Origin: an uncultured delta proteobacterium
Lineage (GTDB): Bacteria > Desulfobacterota > RBG-13-43-22
NCBI GenBank assembly: GCA_963790475.1
Contig: CAWBOS010000010.1
Coordinates: forward strand, 608,001-672,000
Length of the DNA stretch: 64,000 nt
Reading direction: 5' to 3'
Below, piece after piece: positions 8,712 through 18,892 of this stretch. The notes beneath the pieces were generated by a model. The model saw only the letters and a list, made by a program, of their open reading frames with translations, had not been told where the DNA came from and did no database searches. The first letter of the stretch is position 1. The number at the start of each line of letters is the position of its first letter. A program made the translations under genes and the position numbers.

Positions 8712-10142
8712 TCAAGATGGTGGAGCGCAGTTCACTCCATACGGAAACCGGATCGGAGGGGGGGAGGAAGTAAGCTGAATAAATTTTTTAATGGCCTGGA
8801 CAGCGGCCTGGCCGGCCATCTTCAACCGATCCTCCGGGTTGGAGGAAAGGGCCTGCTCAACAAACTCAGGAGGGAGATGGAACCGGACCTTGAACTTTTC
8901 GATCTGAAATTCTTCAAAAATTCCTCCAGGTGCTTGTGAACTGCTTTCAGCGGTTGGCAGCAATTGGGGTTGAGAAGAAGTTTCTTCAGGAACTCCTTCT
9001 GACTTGATATCTTCAGGATTTAGTCCCAAGGCACGTTTTCCCAGTATCAAGGATTGAACCCCCTCGGAGGCTTCTTCGTTCGAATAATTTTGGCCAATTC
9101 CCGTTTCCGTGGTCAACCCTTCAGGCGGCTCCGGCCAGAAATTTCCGGGTAATTCGGTGATAAGTACCGGCGATAGGGATTCTCTCCCAGCTGATTCCAC
9201 CTCTCCCTTCTCCTCAATGGTCGGGTTTGAAGGCTTTTGGTCGATAATCTGCCTATCGGCATCGCTGGAAACCTGCGCTTTCTTTTTCTTTTTAGCCTTT
9301 CCTCGGAAGATCTTTGCACCGGTTAATTTTTCAAACTGCCGGCCTACCTGGGAAACGACCTGGGCGTCGATCTGGTTAAGACCGTAGGTCTCACCGGCCT
9401 TTAGACTGAGTTTGGCGATCTTGTTGATCAAGCGAGGGACCCCCTGATCGGAAAATTCCCAGAATAGGGGATAAGTATTTTCGGTAAAAATTGGTCGGGT
9501 TGCCCCCGCCAGCCTTAGGCGGGTTTCCAAATAAGCCTTGATCTGGTCTACGGAGGCCATTTTCTCGATTCGGCTGTAGGTCCCGATCCGCTGAAAAAGA
9601 TTGGCCCGTCGAGGATCTTCCAAACGCCGGGCCAGTTCGAACTGCCCGGCCAGGACCAAGGTAAAAAGATTCCGTCGATCATCCTGCATATTGGTCAGAA
9701 GTCTTAAGCTCTCCAGATTGGCGGGAGTAATGGCATTGGCTTCATCGATGAGCAGTACAATCTTTTTCCCCGCATCGGCGGCTTGAAAAAGGAGTTTATT
9801 GAAAATCTCCAGGAGGCCCACCTTTTTCTTTTCATTACAGGGACTCTCCGTCAATTGGCCGATGATTTCATTTAATAATTGGACAAAAGAAATGCTTGGA
9901 TTGGTGATCAAGGCCAACTGATACTTTTCGGGTGAGAGGCTGTCGATGATGATACGCAGGGATAGAGTCTTTCCCAGACCCACATCCCCAATAATTACGG
10001 ATAAGCACTCGTTTCCCTCCTCAATGGCGAACAGAGTTTCAGCAATAGCATTTTCCATAGAAGTATGACACTCGGCATACATGGAGGGATCAGGGACATT
10101 GTCAAATGGCGGTTTTTGAAGATGCCAATATTCGAAATACAT
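8712..10142 (-). CDS. ExeA/GspA-like AAA ATPase (C-terminus frameshifted; intact end probably 8674)
   Basis: MYFEYWHLQKPPFDNVPDP, GDVGLGKT, LLIDEA, LVLAGQ, GVPRLINK motifs. Confidence 0.85.
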   Translation of the reverse strand: MYFEYWHLQKPPFDNVPDPSMYAECHTSMENAIAETLFAIEEGNECLSVIIGDVGLGKTLSLRIIIDSLSPEKYQLALITNPSISFVQLLNEIIGQLTESPCNEKKKVGLLEIFNKLLFQAADAGKKIVLLIDEANAITPANLESLRLLTNMQDDRRNLFTLVLAGQFELARRLEDPRRANLFQRIGTYSRIEKMASVDQIKAYLETRLRLAGATRPIFTENTYPLFWEFSDQGVPRLINKIAKLSLKAGETYGLNQIDAQVVSQVGRQFEKLTGAKIFRGKAKKKKKAQVSSDADRQIIDQKPSNPTIEEKGEVESAGRESLSPVLITELPGNFWPEPPEGLTTETGIGQNYSNEEASEGVQSLILGKRALGLNPEDIKSEGVPEETSSQPQLLPTAESSSQAPGGIFEEFQIEKFKVRFHLPPEFVEQALSSNPEDRLKMAGQAAVQAIKKFIQLTSSPPPIRFPYGVNCAPPS

Positions 10143-10187
10143 AAGAGTCCCCCTTTTTTATAAATTTAGAAAAAATTTTTATGGACC

Positions 10188-10676
10188 TTATTCAAAAACT
10201 GACGGATCTTTTGCCGAGGCTCGACCCAAGGCTTCAACGATATCGTTAAGGAAAAAACGCCTGAGTCGGCCCAACTTAAAACTTTTGATCTTGTTCTCCT
10301 TAACCAGACGGTCTAACAGGTGTCGGCTGATCTGCATCATCCGACAGACTTGATCCGGTTTGAGCATCGTCAAGTTGTGATCCAGGTCGAGATGAAAATT
10401 AAAAACAATCGATCCGTCTTCCTCTTGATGCAGGTTCAAATCCATGCTTTTGGCAGCTTCGGTGCCCTGGAGGTGAATTTCTCCCGATCGGATAATCCGG
10501 CATTGCTTGGGAGCTAGTTCCAAGGAAAGAGGCGGCTCTTCCCTCGAATTAATTTTCGGTGAGAGGTTGAGCTCATTAAATCGCTGACTGTGCTCTTCCT
10601 CCCGGACGGGCAAGGGAAAGGGAAAAGGACCCTGAATTCCTTGCCTTCTTCTTTTGACAATGCAAAATTTTTCCAT
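10188..10676 (-). CDS. Excisionase-family (HTH_17) DNA-binding protein
   Basis: C-terminal MLKPDQVCRMMQISRHLLDRLVKENKIKSFKLGRLRRF; RBS GGAGG. Confidence 0.75.
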   Translation of the reverse strand: MEKFCIVKRRRQGIQGPFPFPLPVREEEHSQRFNELNLSPKINSREEPPLSLELAPKQCRIIRSGEIHLQGTEAAKSMDLNLHQEEDGSIVFNFHLDLDHNLTMLKPDQVCRMMQISRHLLDRLVKENKIKSFKLGRLRRFFLNDIVEALGRASAKDPSVFE

Positions 10677-11297
10677 ATTCCTCCAAAGGCGATAAATAAG
10701 ATCTCTGGTTATTACCGGAGCTTAGTACCGGAGCAGAAGAAACCGATCTTATCCCCAGCCGACTTAGTGGGACGGTTTAATTATGAATTTGCAAGATAAG
10801 GACCAGTTTAAGCCGATTACTATAATTTATTATTATATTATTCCAGATAGTTACATGCCTGACTGATTCGCCATTCCGGAACCATCTCCAGTGAAGCCCA
10901 AAAAAAGTCAAAATATTGCAAGAATTGTTGAAGAGGATTTCTTCCTGGCCGATTTTTGCGGCCATCGGCGTTGTGAAAACCGGATAGATTTATCTGGTTG
11001 ATTTAGAGGGGAGCTTCAAAGCTTTCCGTATCGGGATGCGCTTCCTCAAAGCAGCAATTAGTTTATTCCAGCCCTTAACGTTAGGAAAATAATTAGTTCA
11101 ATTTATTTAGATTTACCCCAGAGATGAATTAAAATAGGAGCGGAATTTATTATTGACATTTGAAGATTGAATCTCCTATATTCCATATTCAAAACAAGAG
11201 GCTCTATCCAATCAAACCGTGGTGGTGATGATAGGGCCTCATTTTCTGTTTATAACCGGTGAACCCGAAAGGGCCACCAAAATTGATGAGGTGTTAT

Positions 11298-12500
11298 ATG
11301 GCTGATTTAGAGGAATTCAGAGCATCTGTGCGAAGTTGGCTGGAGGAGAACGCCCCCAAGTCTATACGGGGCAAGTTTAGAGATCCTGCCTCGGCTTATT
11401 GGGGGGGCGGAAAAACCCCTTTGCCCTTTCCTGAAGCTAAAGTCTGGCTGGATATGATGGTTAAAAAGGGCTGGACGGTTCCCTTCTGGCCCAAGGAATA
11501 CGGCGGAGGTGGTCTCAACAAAGAAGAAAATAAGATATTTAATCAGGAGATGGCCCGGTTGGAATTGCCGCCTCCACTCACCGGGTTTGGGATCACTATG
11601 ATCGGGCCTACGGTTCTGCAGTACGGAACGGAGGAGCAGAAGAAGAAGTATATCGGTGAAATCGTCCGCGGGGAAGTTCGCTGGTGTCAGGGATACTCCG
11701 AACCGAACGCGGGGTCCGATCTGGCCAATATTCAGACCAAGGCCGTAGTCGATGGGGATGATTATATTCTCAACGGCCAAAAGATATGGACCAGTTACGG
11801 TGATCTGGCGGATTGGATGTTTCTGTTGGTCCGGACCGATCCGGGGGTCAAGAAACAGGTAGGCATCACCTTTTTGTTGCTCGATATGGAGACCAAGGGG
11901 GTTGAGGTCAGACCAATTAAACTGATAAGCGGCAATAGCCCTTTTTGCGAGGTGTTTTTTGAGGATGTCAGGGTGCCTCAAAAGAATGTCCTGAACCGGG
12001 TGAACGGCGGATGGGAAGTGGCTAAAGCCTTGCTGGGTCATGAACGTACTATGATCGCCAATGCCTTTGGTGGCCGGGTGGCACCTGAAAAGGCTGAAAA
12101 TCCAATGGATGCGGCCGCCCGTAAATATATCGGCCTCCGAGAGGGCAAGATCGCTGACGTGGTGGTCCGGGACAGAATGGCCCAAAACCAGATGGATGAA
12201 TCCTGTTTCCTGCTCACGGTCCAAAGAAACAGCGATAACGTCAAGGCCGGCCACCGACCCGGTTCCGAAACCTCTATTTTCAAGGTTTATGGAACAGAGC
12301 TGAACCAGAGGAGAATGGAACTTATGCTTTCCATACTGGGTCCGGAGTGCCTGGGCTGGGAGGGGGCAGGATTTGACCAGGCAGAACTGGATTTGTGCCG
12401 AGTCTGGCTCCGCTCCAGGGGAAACACGCTGGAAGGCGGCACTTCGGAAATTCAGTTAAACATTATTGCCAAGCAAGTGCTGGGCCTCCCTGACAAATAA
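11298..12500 (+). CDS. Acyl-CoA dehydrogenase (PimC-like subunit)
   Basis: WCQGYSEPNAGSDLA, NGQKIWTS, EGGTSEIQLNIIAK motifs. Confidence 0.92.
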   Translation: MADLEEFRASVRSWLEENAPKSIRGKFRDPASAYWGGGKTPLPFPEAKVWLDMMVKKGWTVPFWPKEYGGGGLNKEENKIFNQEMARLELPPPLTGFGITMIGPTVLQYGTEEQKKKYIGEIVRGEVRWCQGYSEPNAGSDLANIQTKAVVDGDDYILNGQKIWTSYGDLADWMFLLVRTDPGVKKQVGITFLLLDMETKGVEVRPIKLISGNSPFCEVFFEDVRVPQKNVLNRVNGGWEVAKALLGHERTMIANAFGGRVAPEKAENPMDAAARKYIGLREGKIADVVVRDRMAQNQMDESCFLLTVQRNSDNVKAGHRPGSETSIFKVYGTELNQRRMELMLSILGPECLGWEGAGFDQAELDLCRVWLRSRGNTLEGGTSEIQLNIIAKQVLGLPDK

Positions 12501-12557
12501 GAAGAAACACCAAGCAATCTACAGAAACTTTTAAAAATAGAAATAGGAGATATTATC

Positions 12558-13700
12558 ATGGAATTAGTTCTCAACGAAGAACAGACCATGCTGGACCAGA
12601 CCGCCAAGAATTTCATAAAAGGTAATTCCCCCATCACTCGTATGCGAAAACTCAGAGACGATGGGGATCCTCTCGGCTATTCCAAAGAAATGTGGAAGAA
12701 GATGGCCGAATTGGGGTGGACTTCCATCCTTTTTTCAGAAGAGGATGGTGGAATGGGTTTGGGCATGGCCGAGGTGGTCCTGGTGACCGAGGCCATGGGA
12801 AGAGGTCTGGCACCGGAACCTTTCTTTTCAACCGTTATGTTGGCCGGACAGGCACTATCCATCGGAGGGAGTCAAGAACTCCGGGAACAATGGCTGGGTT
12901 TGATTATCGAAGGAGAAAAGGTTTTGGCGATGGCCTATCAGGAAAAAGGCGGCCGTTATGATATTACGCGTATCAAAACAAGCGCAAAAAAGAGTACAAA
13001 CCACTATCTTCTGAATGGTGAAAAAGCCCAGGTTCTTGACGGCTACGGTGCTGATGCCATCATCGTGTCGGCTCGAACTTCAGGTAAAGATGGTGAAACC
13101 GAGGGAATCACCCTCTTTCTGATTCCCGCTGGTACTCCAGGGATGACGGTCACCCGTCAATGGCGATTAGATTCCCGAAATGTGGCCCTGGTGCAACTGA
13201 AGGAGGTGGAGGTACCGGAGTCCAACATCATCGGCCTGGTTGGAAAAGGTGGGCAGTTGCTCAGCCGGGTTATCGATCAGGCCACGGTGGCCCTGTGCGG
13301 AGAAATGCTGGGTGGAATGTGTGCCGCTTTTGATCGCACCCTGGGTTATTTGAAGGAACGTGTTCAATTCGATGTGGTGATTGGTACTTTTCAGGCGCTT
13401 AAACATCGAGCTGCCAGGATGTTTATGGAGATCGAGCTTTCTCGATCGGTAGTGATGGCTGCGGCCCGCGCTCTGGACGAGAATAGTGACAACAAAGAAA
13501 TTCTGGTCTCAACCGCCAAGGCCCGCTGTTCTGACGCCTATATCCTGGTAACTAATGAAGCGGTGCAAATGTTGGGCGGTATCGGAATGACCGACGAGGA
13601 GGATACCGGATTCTACATGAAGAGGGCCAGAGCGGCGGAAATGACCTTTGGAGATGCCACGTATCACAAAGATCGATTTGCCACTTTGAAAGGGTTTTGA
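12558..13700 (+). CDS. Acyl-CoA dehydrogenase (PimD-like subunit)
   Basis: RVQFDVVIGTFQALKHR, AVQMLGGIGMTDE; tandem pair typical of heteromeric ACADs. Confidence 0.92.
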   Translation: MELVLNEEQTMLDQTAKNFIKGNSPITRMRKLRDDGDPLGYSKEMWKKMAELGWTSILFSEEDGGMGLGMAEVVLVTEAMGRGLAPEPFFSTVMLAGQALSIGGSQELREQWLGLIIEGEKVLAMAYQEKGGRYDITRIKTSAKKSTNHYLLNGEKAQVLDGYGADAIIVSARTSGKDGETEGITLFLIPAGTPGMTVTRQWRLDSRNVALVQLKEVEVPESNIIGLVGKGGQLLSRVIDQATVALCGEMLGGMCAAFDRTLGYLKERVQFDVVIGTFQALKHRAARMFMEIELSRSVVMAAARALDENSDNKEILVSTAKARCSDAYILVTNEAVQMLGGIGMTDEEDTGFYMKRARAAEMTFGDATYHKDRFATLKGF

Positions 13701-13859
13701 TTATTCACTAGGAGCCTGTCGATCTTGAGCTAAAGATATTGTCTCCCAAGAGGTCCGATTTTATTTTGAGGACTCCAAAGGGTTATAGTAAGTTCAAGAT
13801 AATAGAATAAGGCCTTTTTTTGTAATTTTTCTTTGTGGATTTTTTTATTTGGCAGCTAG

Positions 13860-15842
13860 CCCATCTTCCGCAGTTAGAAAGCATGGAAGACGCGATATCA
13901 AATAGTTACGACAAGAATTAGGGCATTTTCTTCACTACATTTTCAATAATTTTTGGTTTGTTGGGGAGCAGAATTTTCAATCTCTGAAGCAGCACTTTGA
14001 GTTCCTTTGAGGGAGTAGCCACCATTCTGAGCCGGAGGGTTCTCTCCCGCGCCGGTAGTAGCACATCCAAAGATTTCAATTCCCGCAACTCCTCCAACAG
14101 CTTTCTTGGGGCGGTACCGAGTCCCGAGGCTTTCATCCATTGCTGGAGCGTTCGCCACATAGTCAGCGCCAAGAAGCAGACCAGGATATGAGCCTGGGTC
14201 CGTTCCTGTTTTTGATGGAAGATCGGTCGCATTCCCAGATCATGTTTCTCGGTACGGAATGAATCTTCCACTTCCGTCAGTTGGATGTAGGTATTCCATA
14301 GGACTTTCGGGTCACTTTCGGTCCAGTTGGTGCGCAGGATGTAGCTACCGCCGGTCTCCAAGGCCCACTGTTGCCGTTGTTCGTTCTTCTTGACTTCTAG
14401 GGAAAGCGGTGCGTCTTTTCCGGTACCGGTCTCTATGACTGTAATATTGAACAACGAGGCCGCACGTTTATTTTGTTCCAGCAGTCGCCCTATTCTCCGC
14501 TCGACTTTCTGCTTGTCTCGGAGCTTGCCGGTTTCGGCCTGGCGGGCCAGGTGATCCAGTTGGCTTTCCAGTCGGGTCAAAAAGTGGTTTAGAATGGCGT
14601 TTTCTTTCTCCTTCCGGCCTTGAGACCGGCACAGGACAAAGATTTCATCCGTTCCTTCCGGCGAGCAACAGAGCTTGACCTCAACACCAGGTTGGACCGC
14701 TTCCCAGTTCTGTTCGAAAAGCTGCTGCTCAAACTTCTTCAGCATCACTTTTGGGGTGCCGACCAAATAGCGGGCACCGACTTTGCGCATAAACTCCAGA
14801 TTCTCCTCACTCACCATGCCGCGATCCATAACCCAGATCCGGTTGGCTTGGCCGTATTTGGCCTCCATCATCTGAACCATCTCTTGGGTCGTCGTGACAT
14901 CCGGTCGATTGCCGTCAAAAACCTCAAAGGCTATGGGAAAGCCCTCTCGGGTGGCCACCAGGCCGATGCAGACCTGGGGACAATCTGGACGACTGTCCCG
15001 GCTGTAACCCCTCTTGGCCTGGGCATTGCCCTTGGCGGTCCCCTCAAAATAGGTGGAGGTTATGTCATAAAACAAAAAATCAAAGCTACTGCCGAACAGT
15101 TCCCCATAACGCTCCTGAAGGTGACGGCTTAAGGCATCCTTGTGGGGAAGCAAGGCATCCAGGGCACGATAAAGCCGATCCTCATTGATCTTATAGTCGG
15201 CCACTCCCAGCAGATCGTCTAAGGCCGTCTGGCCATACCAAAACTCGGCCATCTGTAATTCCGACGATGGGGCGCAAAAGCGTCCAAGAACTAAAATAGA
15301 CGCCATGATCGACCAAGGAATCTCTTCCCGGTTGGAAGGAATATGATCTCGGCAGAACCTGGCAAGCCCCAGTTTGTTCCACAAAAACAACCCCAAATAG
15401 ACATCGCCGAAGCCTCTGAGTCGCTCGACGCTTACGCCATGGATATTGACCGTGGCCCAAGATGGGGGGTCTTCCCCCTGCTCAAACAGTTCAGGTCCAG
15501 GTAGAGGCTTTCCGGAAAGAATCCGTCCGATCTCCTCCCAACCTATCCGCTCTTCCCGATCAAGGCCAGGAAGTTTCCCTATCGTCGCCACTACTCGCTG
15601 ACGGGGCCCTCGGGCAGTACGGACCGACTCAACTAAAAGCCAGCTCTCGTACTCCGCTCCACCTTTCTTTTTGGTCGCACGCCGGAGATACATAACCCCA
15701 TTATCTCCGTTCCCACAGCACCTGGCAAGGGGGTGGTCTTCACTACATCCAATTTTCAAAGATCAGGACTTGAAATCATTTAACAATTCCTAACAATTCA
15801 TCACGTTTTTCTTGATTTTTTCTCCAAACTGCGGAAGATGGG
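13860..15842 (-). mobile_element. IS1634-family element
   Basis: 16-bp perfect IRs CCCATCTTCCGCAGTT / AACTGCGGAAGATGGG; CTAG on both flanks. Confidence 0.9.
13918..15693 (-). CDS. IS1634-family transposase
   Basis: YDITSTYFEG, GYSRDSRPDCPQV, VMDRGM, VEDSFRTEK...RPIFHQ. Probable ATG at 15693 (MYLRR). Confidence 0.92.
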   Translation of the reverse strand: MYLRRATKKKGGAEYESWLLVESVRTARGPRQRVVATIGKLPGLDREERIGWEEIGRILSGKPLPGPELFEQGEDPPSWATVNIHGVSVERLRGFGDVYLGLFLWNKLGLARFCRDHIPSNREEIPWSIMASILVLGRFCAPSSELQMAEFWYGQTALDDLLGVADYKINEDRLYRALDALLPHKDALSRHLQERYGELFGSSFDFLFYDITSTYFEGTAKGNAQAKRGYSRDSRPDCPQVCIGLVATREGFPIAFEVFDGNRPDVTTTQEMVQMMEAKYGQANRIWVMDRGMVSEENLEFMRKVGARYLVGTPKVMLKKFEQQLFEQNWEAVQPGVEVKLCCSPEGTDEIFVLCRSQGRKEKENAILNHFLTRLESQLDHLARQAETGKLRDKQKVERRIGRLLEQNKRAASLFNITVIETGTGKDAPLSLEVKKNEQRQQWALETGGSYILRTNWTESDPKVLWNTYIQLTEVEDSFRTEKHDLGMRPIFHQKQERTQAHILVCFLALTMWRTLQQWMKASGLGTAPRKLLEELRELKSLDVLLPARERTLRLRMVATPSKELKVLLQRLKILLPNKPKIIENVVKKMP

Positions 15843-17196
15843 CTAGGGCATACATTCTTTTTAAGTTGTAGGCCATACAGACTAAATTCCATTCGCCGCT
15901 GACCATCTCTAACCCGCGAAGGAAAAATTGTCGAAAGCCCATAATGGCCTTGATAATGCCGAATAGCGGTTCAACCGTACTCTTCCGCTGGGCGTATATC
16001 TTTTTGCCCTCTGATGTTTTTAGCCGATGCTTCATTCGGGTAAGCACATCAGCCTCTTCCGGCAAAGGTTCGGGCTGGGCGAAACGTTCTTCTAAGGGAA
16101 TATTGTGTTTTTCACGATTTACAGCAATATAGGGGGTAATCTGCTCGGCTGCGCACTTATCCAGGTTGGCCTCACTAAAATAGCCTGAATCGGCCACTAG
16201 GGTGTCCACCGTGCCTAACTGGTCTGGTAAGGAAATCAGGTTTTCCAAGGTCGTCTGGATTTCTTGCTTGTCATTGGGTTGTTGGGTAACATGATTTTCG
16301 ACAATAAGCATGGTTGAAAGATCCACCCCGGCTTGGGCGTTGTAAGCTTGTTCAAAGGTCCCGCCGGCAGCGGGCATAATCCGGGAATCTTCATCGGTCA
16401 GATTCACTTGATCGGTTTTTTTAGGGCCGGACTCGGGTGGTTTAGGTTCACGTCCTCGGGGTTTCTTACCACCCTCTTGCTCCTTGGCATAACGTTCGGC
16501 CATCTTTTGGTCGTAGACTTCTTGCTCTTTGGCATAACGCTCAGCGGCTCGACGTTCAATCTCTCGCTTGGCCAGTTCTATAGTTTCAAGCCGTTTCCCT
16601 CTTCGAGAAAGTTCCTCCGGGATACTCATCCCTTCGGGAACCGCTTCCCGGTCCGCTACTTCGGCCTGACGTAAGAGCGAGTCAACTTCTGCCTGAATCT
16701 GTTGTTCCAGTTTACAGGCATGATCCCAACTCAAGGCCTTATGTTGGGAGGCATTGGCCTTGATCTTAGTTCCGTCTAAGGCCACTTGGCCCAGTTTGGC
16801 TATACCCATTGTTTGAGCAATCATCAGGATCTGGGCGAATAGAGGCTTTAACTCTTCCAGAAAACGTTTGCGGAAGGCAGCTATCGTGTCATGATCCGGG
16901 TGTTGATTGGCCGTAATATAACGAAAAGCTACCGACTCATGGGTGGCCAATTCCAGTTTGCGGCTGGAGAAGACGCCCGTGGCATAACCGTAAAACAACA
17001 ATGCCACCAGCATGGTCGGAGAATAAGCCTCGGAACCCCGGCCGTCGTAGGCGTTTTCAATGGGCCTCAAGTCAAGTTTGGTGACCACCTCCACAATAAA
17101 TCTGGCCAAGTGATTTCGTGGTAGCCAATCATGAATAGAGGGAGGCATCAGGTATAGGGTATCGCGGTCACAACACTTAAATCGTGGAGGATTCAT
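15790..17196 (-). CDS. IS1182-family transposase
   Basis: DUF772 N-terminus (PDHDTIAAFR), LDGTKIKANAS, YNAQAGVD, ADSGYFS, RKSTVEPLFG. Confidence 0.92.
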   Translation of the reverse strand: MNPPRFKCCDRDTLYLMPPSIHDWLPRNHLARFIVEVVTKLDLRPIENAYDGRGSEAYSPTMLVALLFYGYATGVFSSRKLELATHESVAFRYITANQHPDHDTIAAFRKRFLEELKPLFAQILMIAQTMGIAKLGQVALDGTKIKANASQHKALSWDHACKLEQQIQAEVDSLLRQAEVADREAVPEGMSIPEELSRRGKRLETIELAKREIERRAAERYAKEQEVYDQKMAERYAKEQEGGKKPRGREPKPPESGPKKTDQVNLTDEDSRIMPAAGGTFEQAYNAQAGVDLSTMLIVENHVTQQPNDKQEIQTTLENLISLPDQLGTVDTLVADSGYFSEANLDKCAAEQITPYIAVNREKHNIPLEERFAQPEPLPEEADVLTRMKHRLKTSEGKKIYAQRKSTVEPLFGIIKAIMGFRQFFLRGLEMVSGEWNLVCMAYNLKRMYALAHLPQFGEKIKKNVMNC

Positions 17197-17366
17197 ATTT
17201 TCTCTCTACGTAATTTTAAAGTCGAATATATTTAACTAATTGAATTAATTTATATTTTATCATATAATCCAACTTATGCCAAGAGAAATCTTGTCTTTTG
17301 AGCACATTTTTAATAGATTTTTTAAACGAAAATTTAACCGGACAAATTTAAGTCCGACAGGCTCCT

Positions 17367-17532
17367 AGACAGGACTTACAGGATTACATTGATCTTTGTG
17401 CCTTTCAGGAAGAAAGGCACAAACCGAATCCTTCTGCGGACGAAGGTATTTCCCTCTGCTGGAAGCGAATCGAGTTGCTCAGGGTTCTCCGGAACCTGAG
17501 CAAAGAACGGATAAATCCTGTTGATGCTGTCT
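17367..17532. repeat. Structured intergenic element (MITE/REP-like) with terminal IRs and three internal hairpins
   Basis: AGACAGGACTTACAGGATT ... AATCCTGTTGATGCTGTCT; internal TTTGTGCCTTTC-GAAAGGCACAAA, CCTTC-GAAGG, TTGCTCAGG-CCTGAGCAA. Confidence 0.6.
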
Positions 17533-17538
17533 GATTTT

Positions 17539-18264
17539 TTAAAGGGGTATTGAGGCCGGAGTTGTATTTTTCAATTGGACCAGGGCCTTTTCGGCTGCCT
17601 TTTGCTGGGCTTCTTTTTTGGTCTTGCCTTTTCCGATGGAGACAACCTTTCCCTGTATGATTACTTCTACGAAAAAAATCTTTTTGTGATCCGGTCCTTC
17701 TTCCCGAAAAACCCTATAGTCCGGGATGGTTTTTAGTCTTCCTTGGCAGTGTTCCTGTAGAAGGGTCTTATAGTCTTGGGTGGAAAAGTGAGCAGAATTT
17801 TCAAACTGGGATCGGAAGAGACGGTCAATAAAGCTCAAGGCCGCATCAAAGCCACCGTCCAAATAGATGGCCCCTAGAACGGCTTCGAAGGTATCGGCCA
17901 GAAGAGAAGATTTCTCACGGCCTCCGGTCCGTTCCTCCCCCTTACCGATCAACAAATAGGACCCCAATCCCAACTGTAAGGATAAGGAAGCCAATTTTTT
18001 CTCATTGACTTGGCTGGCACGAATCTTGGAAAGATGACCCTCCGGGAGATCAGGATATTGGTCTAAGAGCATCGTGCTCAAGGATAAATTCAACACCGCA
18101 TCGCCTAAGAATTCCAGGCGTTCGTTGTGTTTCCATTCGGCCCCCGAATGTTCATTGACAAAGGATCTGTGGGTTATCGCTTGTCTTAATAGTGAGATAT
18201 CATTAAACAAATAGGATAGGGAATTCTGAAGAGCATCGAGGTCTATGATTTGTTTTTCTTCCAC
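17539..18264 (-). CDS. rnc: Ribonuclease III
   Basis: HNERLEFLGDAVL signature and dsRBD (DYKTLLQE...KKEAQQKAA). Confidence 0.97.
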   Translation of the reverse strand: MEEKQIIDLDALQNSLSYLFNDISLLRQAITHRSFVNEHSGAEWKHNERLEFLGDAVLNLSLSTMLLDQYPDLPEGHLSKIRASQVNEKKLASLSLQLGLGSYLLIGKGEERTGGREKSSLLADTFEAVLGAIYLDGGFDAALSFIDRLFRSQFENSAHFSTQDYKTLLQEHCQGRLKTIPDYRVFREEGPDHKKIFFVEVIIQGKVVSIGKGKTKKEAQQKAAEKALVQLKNTTPASIPL

Positions 18265-18341
18265 TGGGGAAAGCCTCCAAGGATATTACCAGAAAATATA
18301 TCCCATTCATAAATATTTTTCAAGAGGACTTAATAATTTTG

Positions 18342-18370
18342 TTGACAATAACACGTTTTTTAAGTATATA
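18342..18370 (+). promoter_or_regulatory. sigma-70 promoter of rplM-rpsI
   Basis: TTGACA-17 nt-TATATA. Confidence 0.6.
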
Positions 18371-18401
18371 TAACCTTTTAAAATTTTGGAGTTACTGAAC
18401 T

Positions 18402-18827
18402 ATGAAAAGTTACATACCGAAGAAGGATGAAATTAATCGAAACTGGTGTCTTATCGATGCCGAGGGGAAGATTTTGGGTCGGTTGGCCTCTGACGTGGCC
18501 CAAAGGCTGAGAGGGAAGAATAATCCCGGATTTGTCCCTTATGCTGATACCGGAGATTTTGTGGTGGTGGTTAATGCCGAAAAAATTATTTTGACCGGAA
18601 AGAAAATGGATCAAAAGATTTACTACCATCATTCCGGATTCATCGGGGGCCTTAAATCCATTACCGCTAGAAAATTAAAAGAGAAGAAACCTGAAGAATT
18701 GCTACGGCAGGCGGTCAAGGGGATGTTGCCTAAGAACAGCCTTGGTCGAAAACTAAACAAAAAATTGAAGGTTTATGTGGGGGCCGCACATCCTCATGAG
18801 GCCCAAAAACCTGTTTTAGTATCTTAA
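18402..18827 (+). CDS. rplM: 50S ribosomal protein L13
   Basis: [42 protein letters not shown]. Confidence 0.98.
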   Translation: MKSYIPKKDEINRNWCLIDAEGKILGRLASDVAQRLRGKNNPGFVPYADTGDFVVVVNAEKIILTGKKMDQKIYYHHSGFIGGLKSITARKLKEKKPEELLRQAVKGMLPKNSLGRKLNKKLKVYVGAAHPHEAQKPVLVS

Positions 18828-18892
18828 CCGGATATTGAAAAACCCAGAAAGGTGGGTATTTTTACCAAGCCGGTTGAGGTGTGGAAGGGAAC

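Larger units (their letters stand above)
13712..17364 (-). mobile_element. IS1182-family element containing a nested IS1634
   Basis: IRs GAGCCTGTCG... / ...CGACAGGCTC; CTAG duplication at 13708-13711 and 17365-17368. Confidence 0.88.

Noticed and set aside
11307-12254. 315-aa antisense ORF and many other antisense ORFs in the track
   Set aside because: Shadow frames of well-supported genes with no recognisable motifs.
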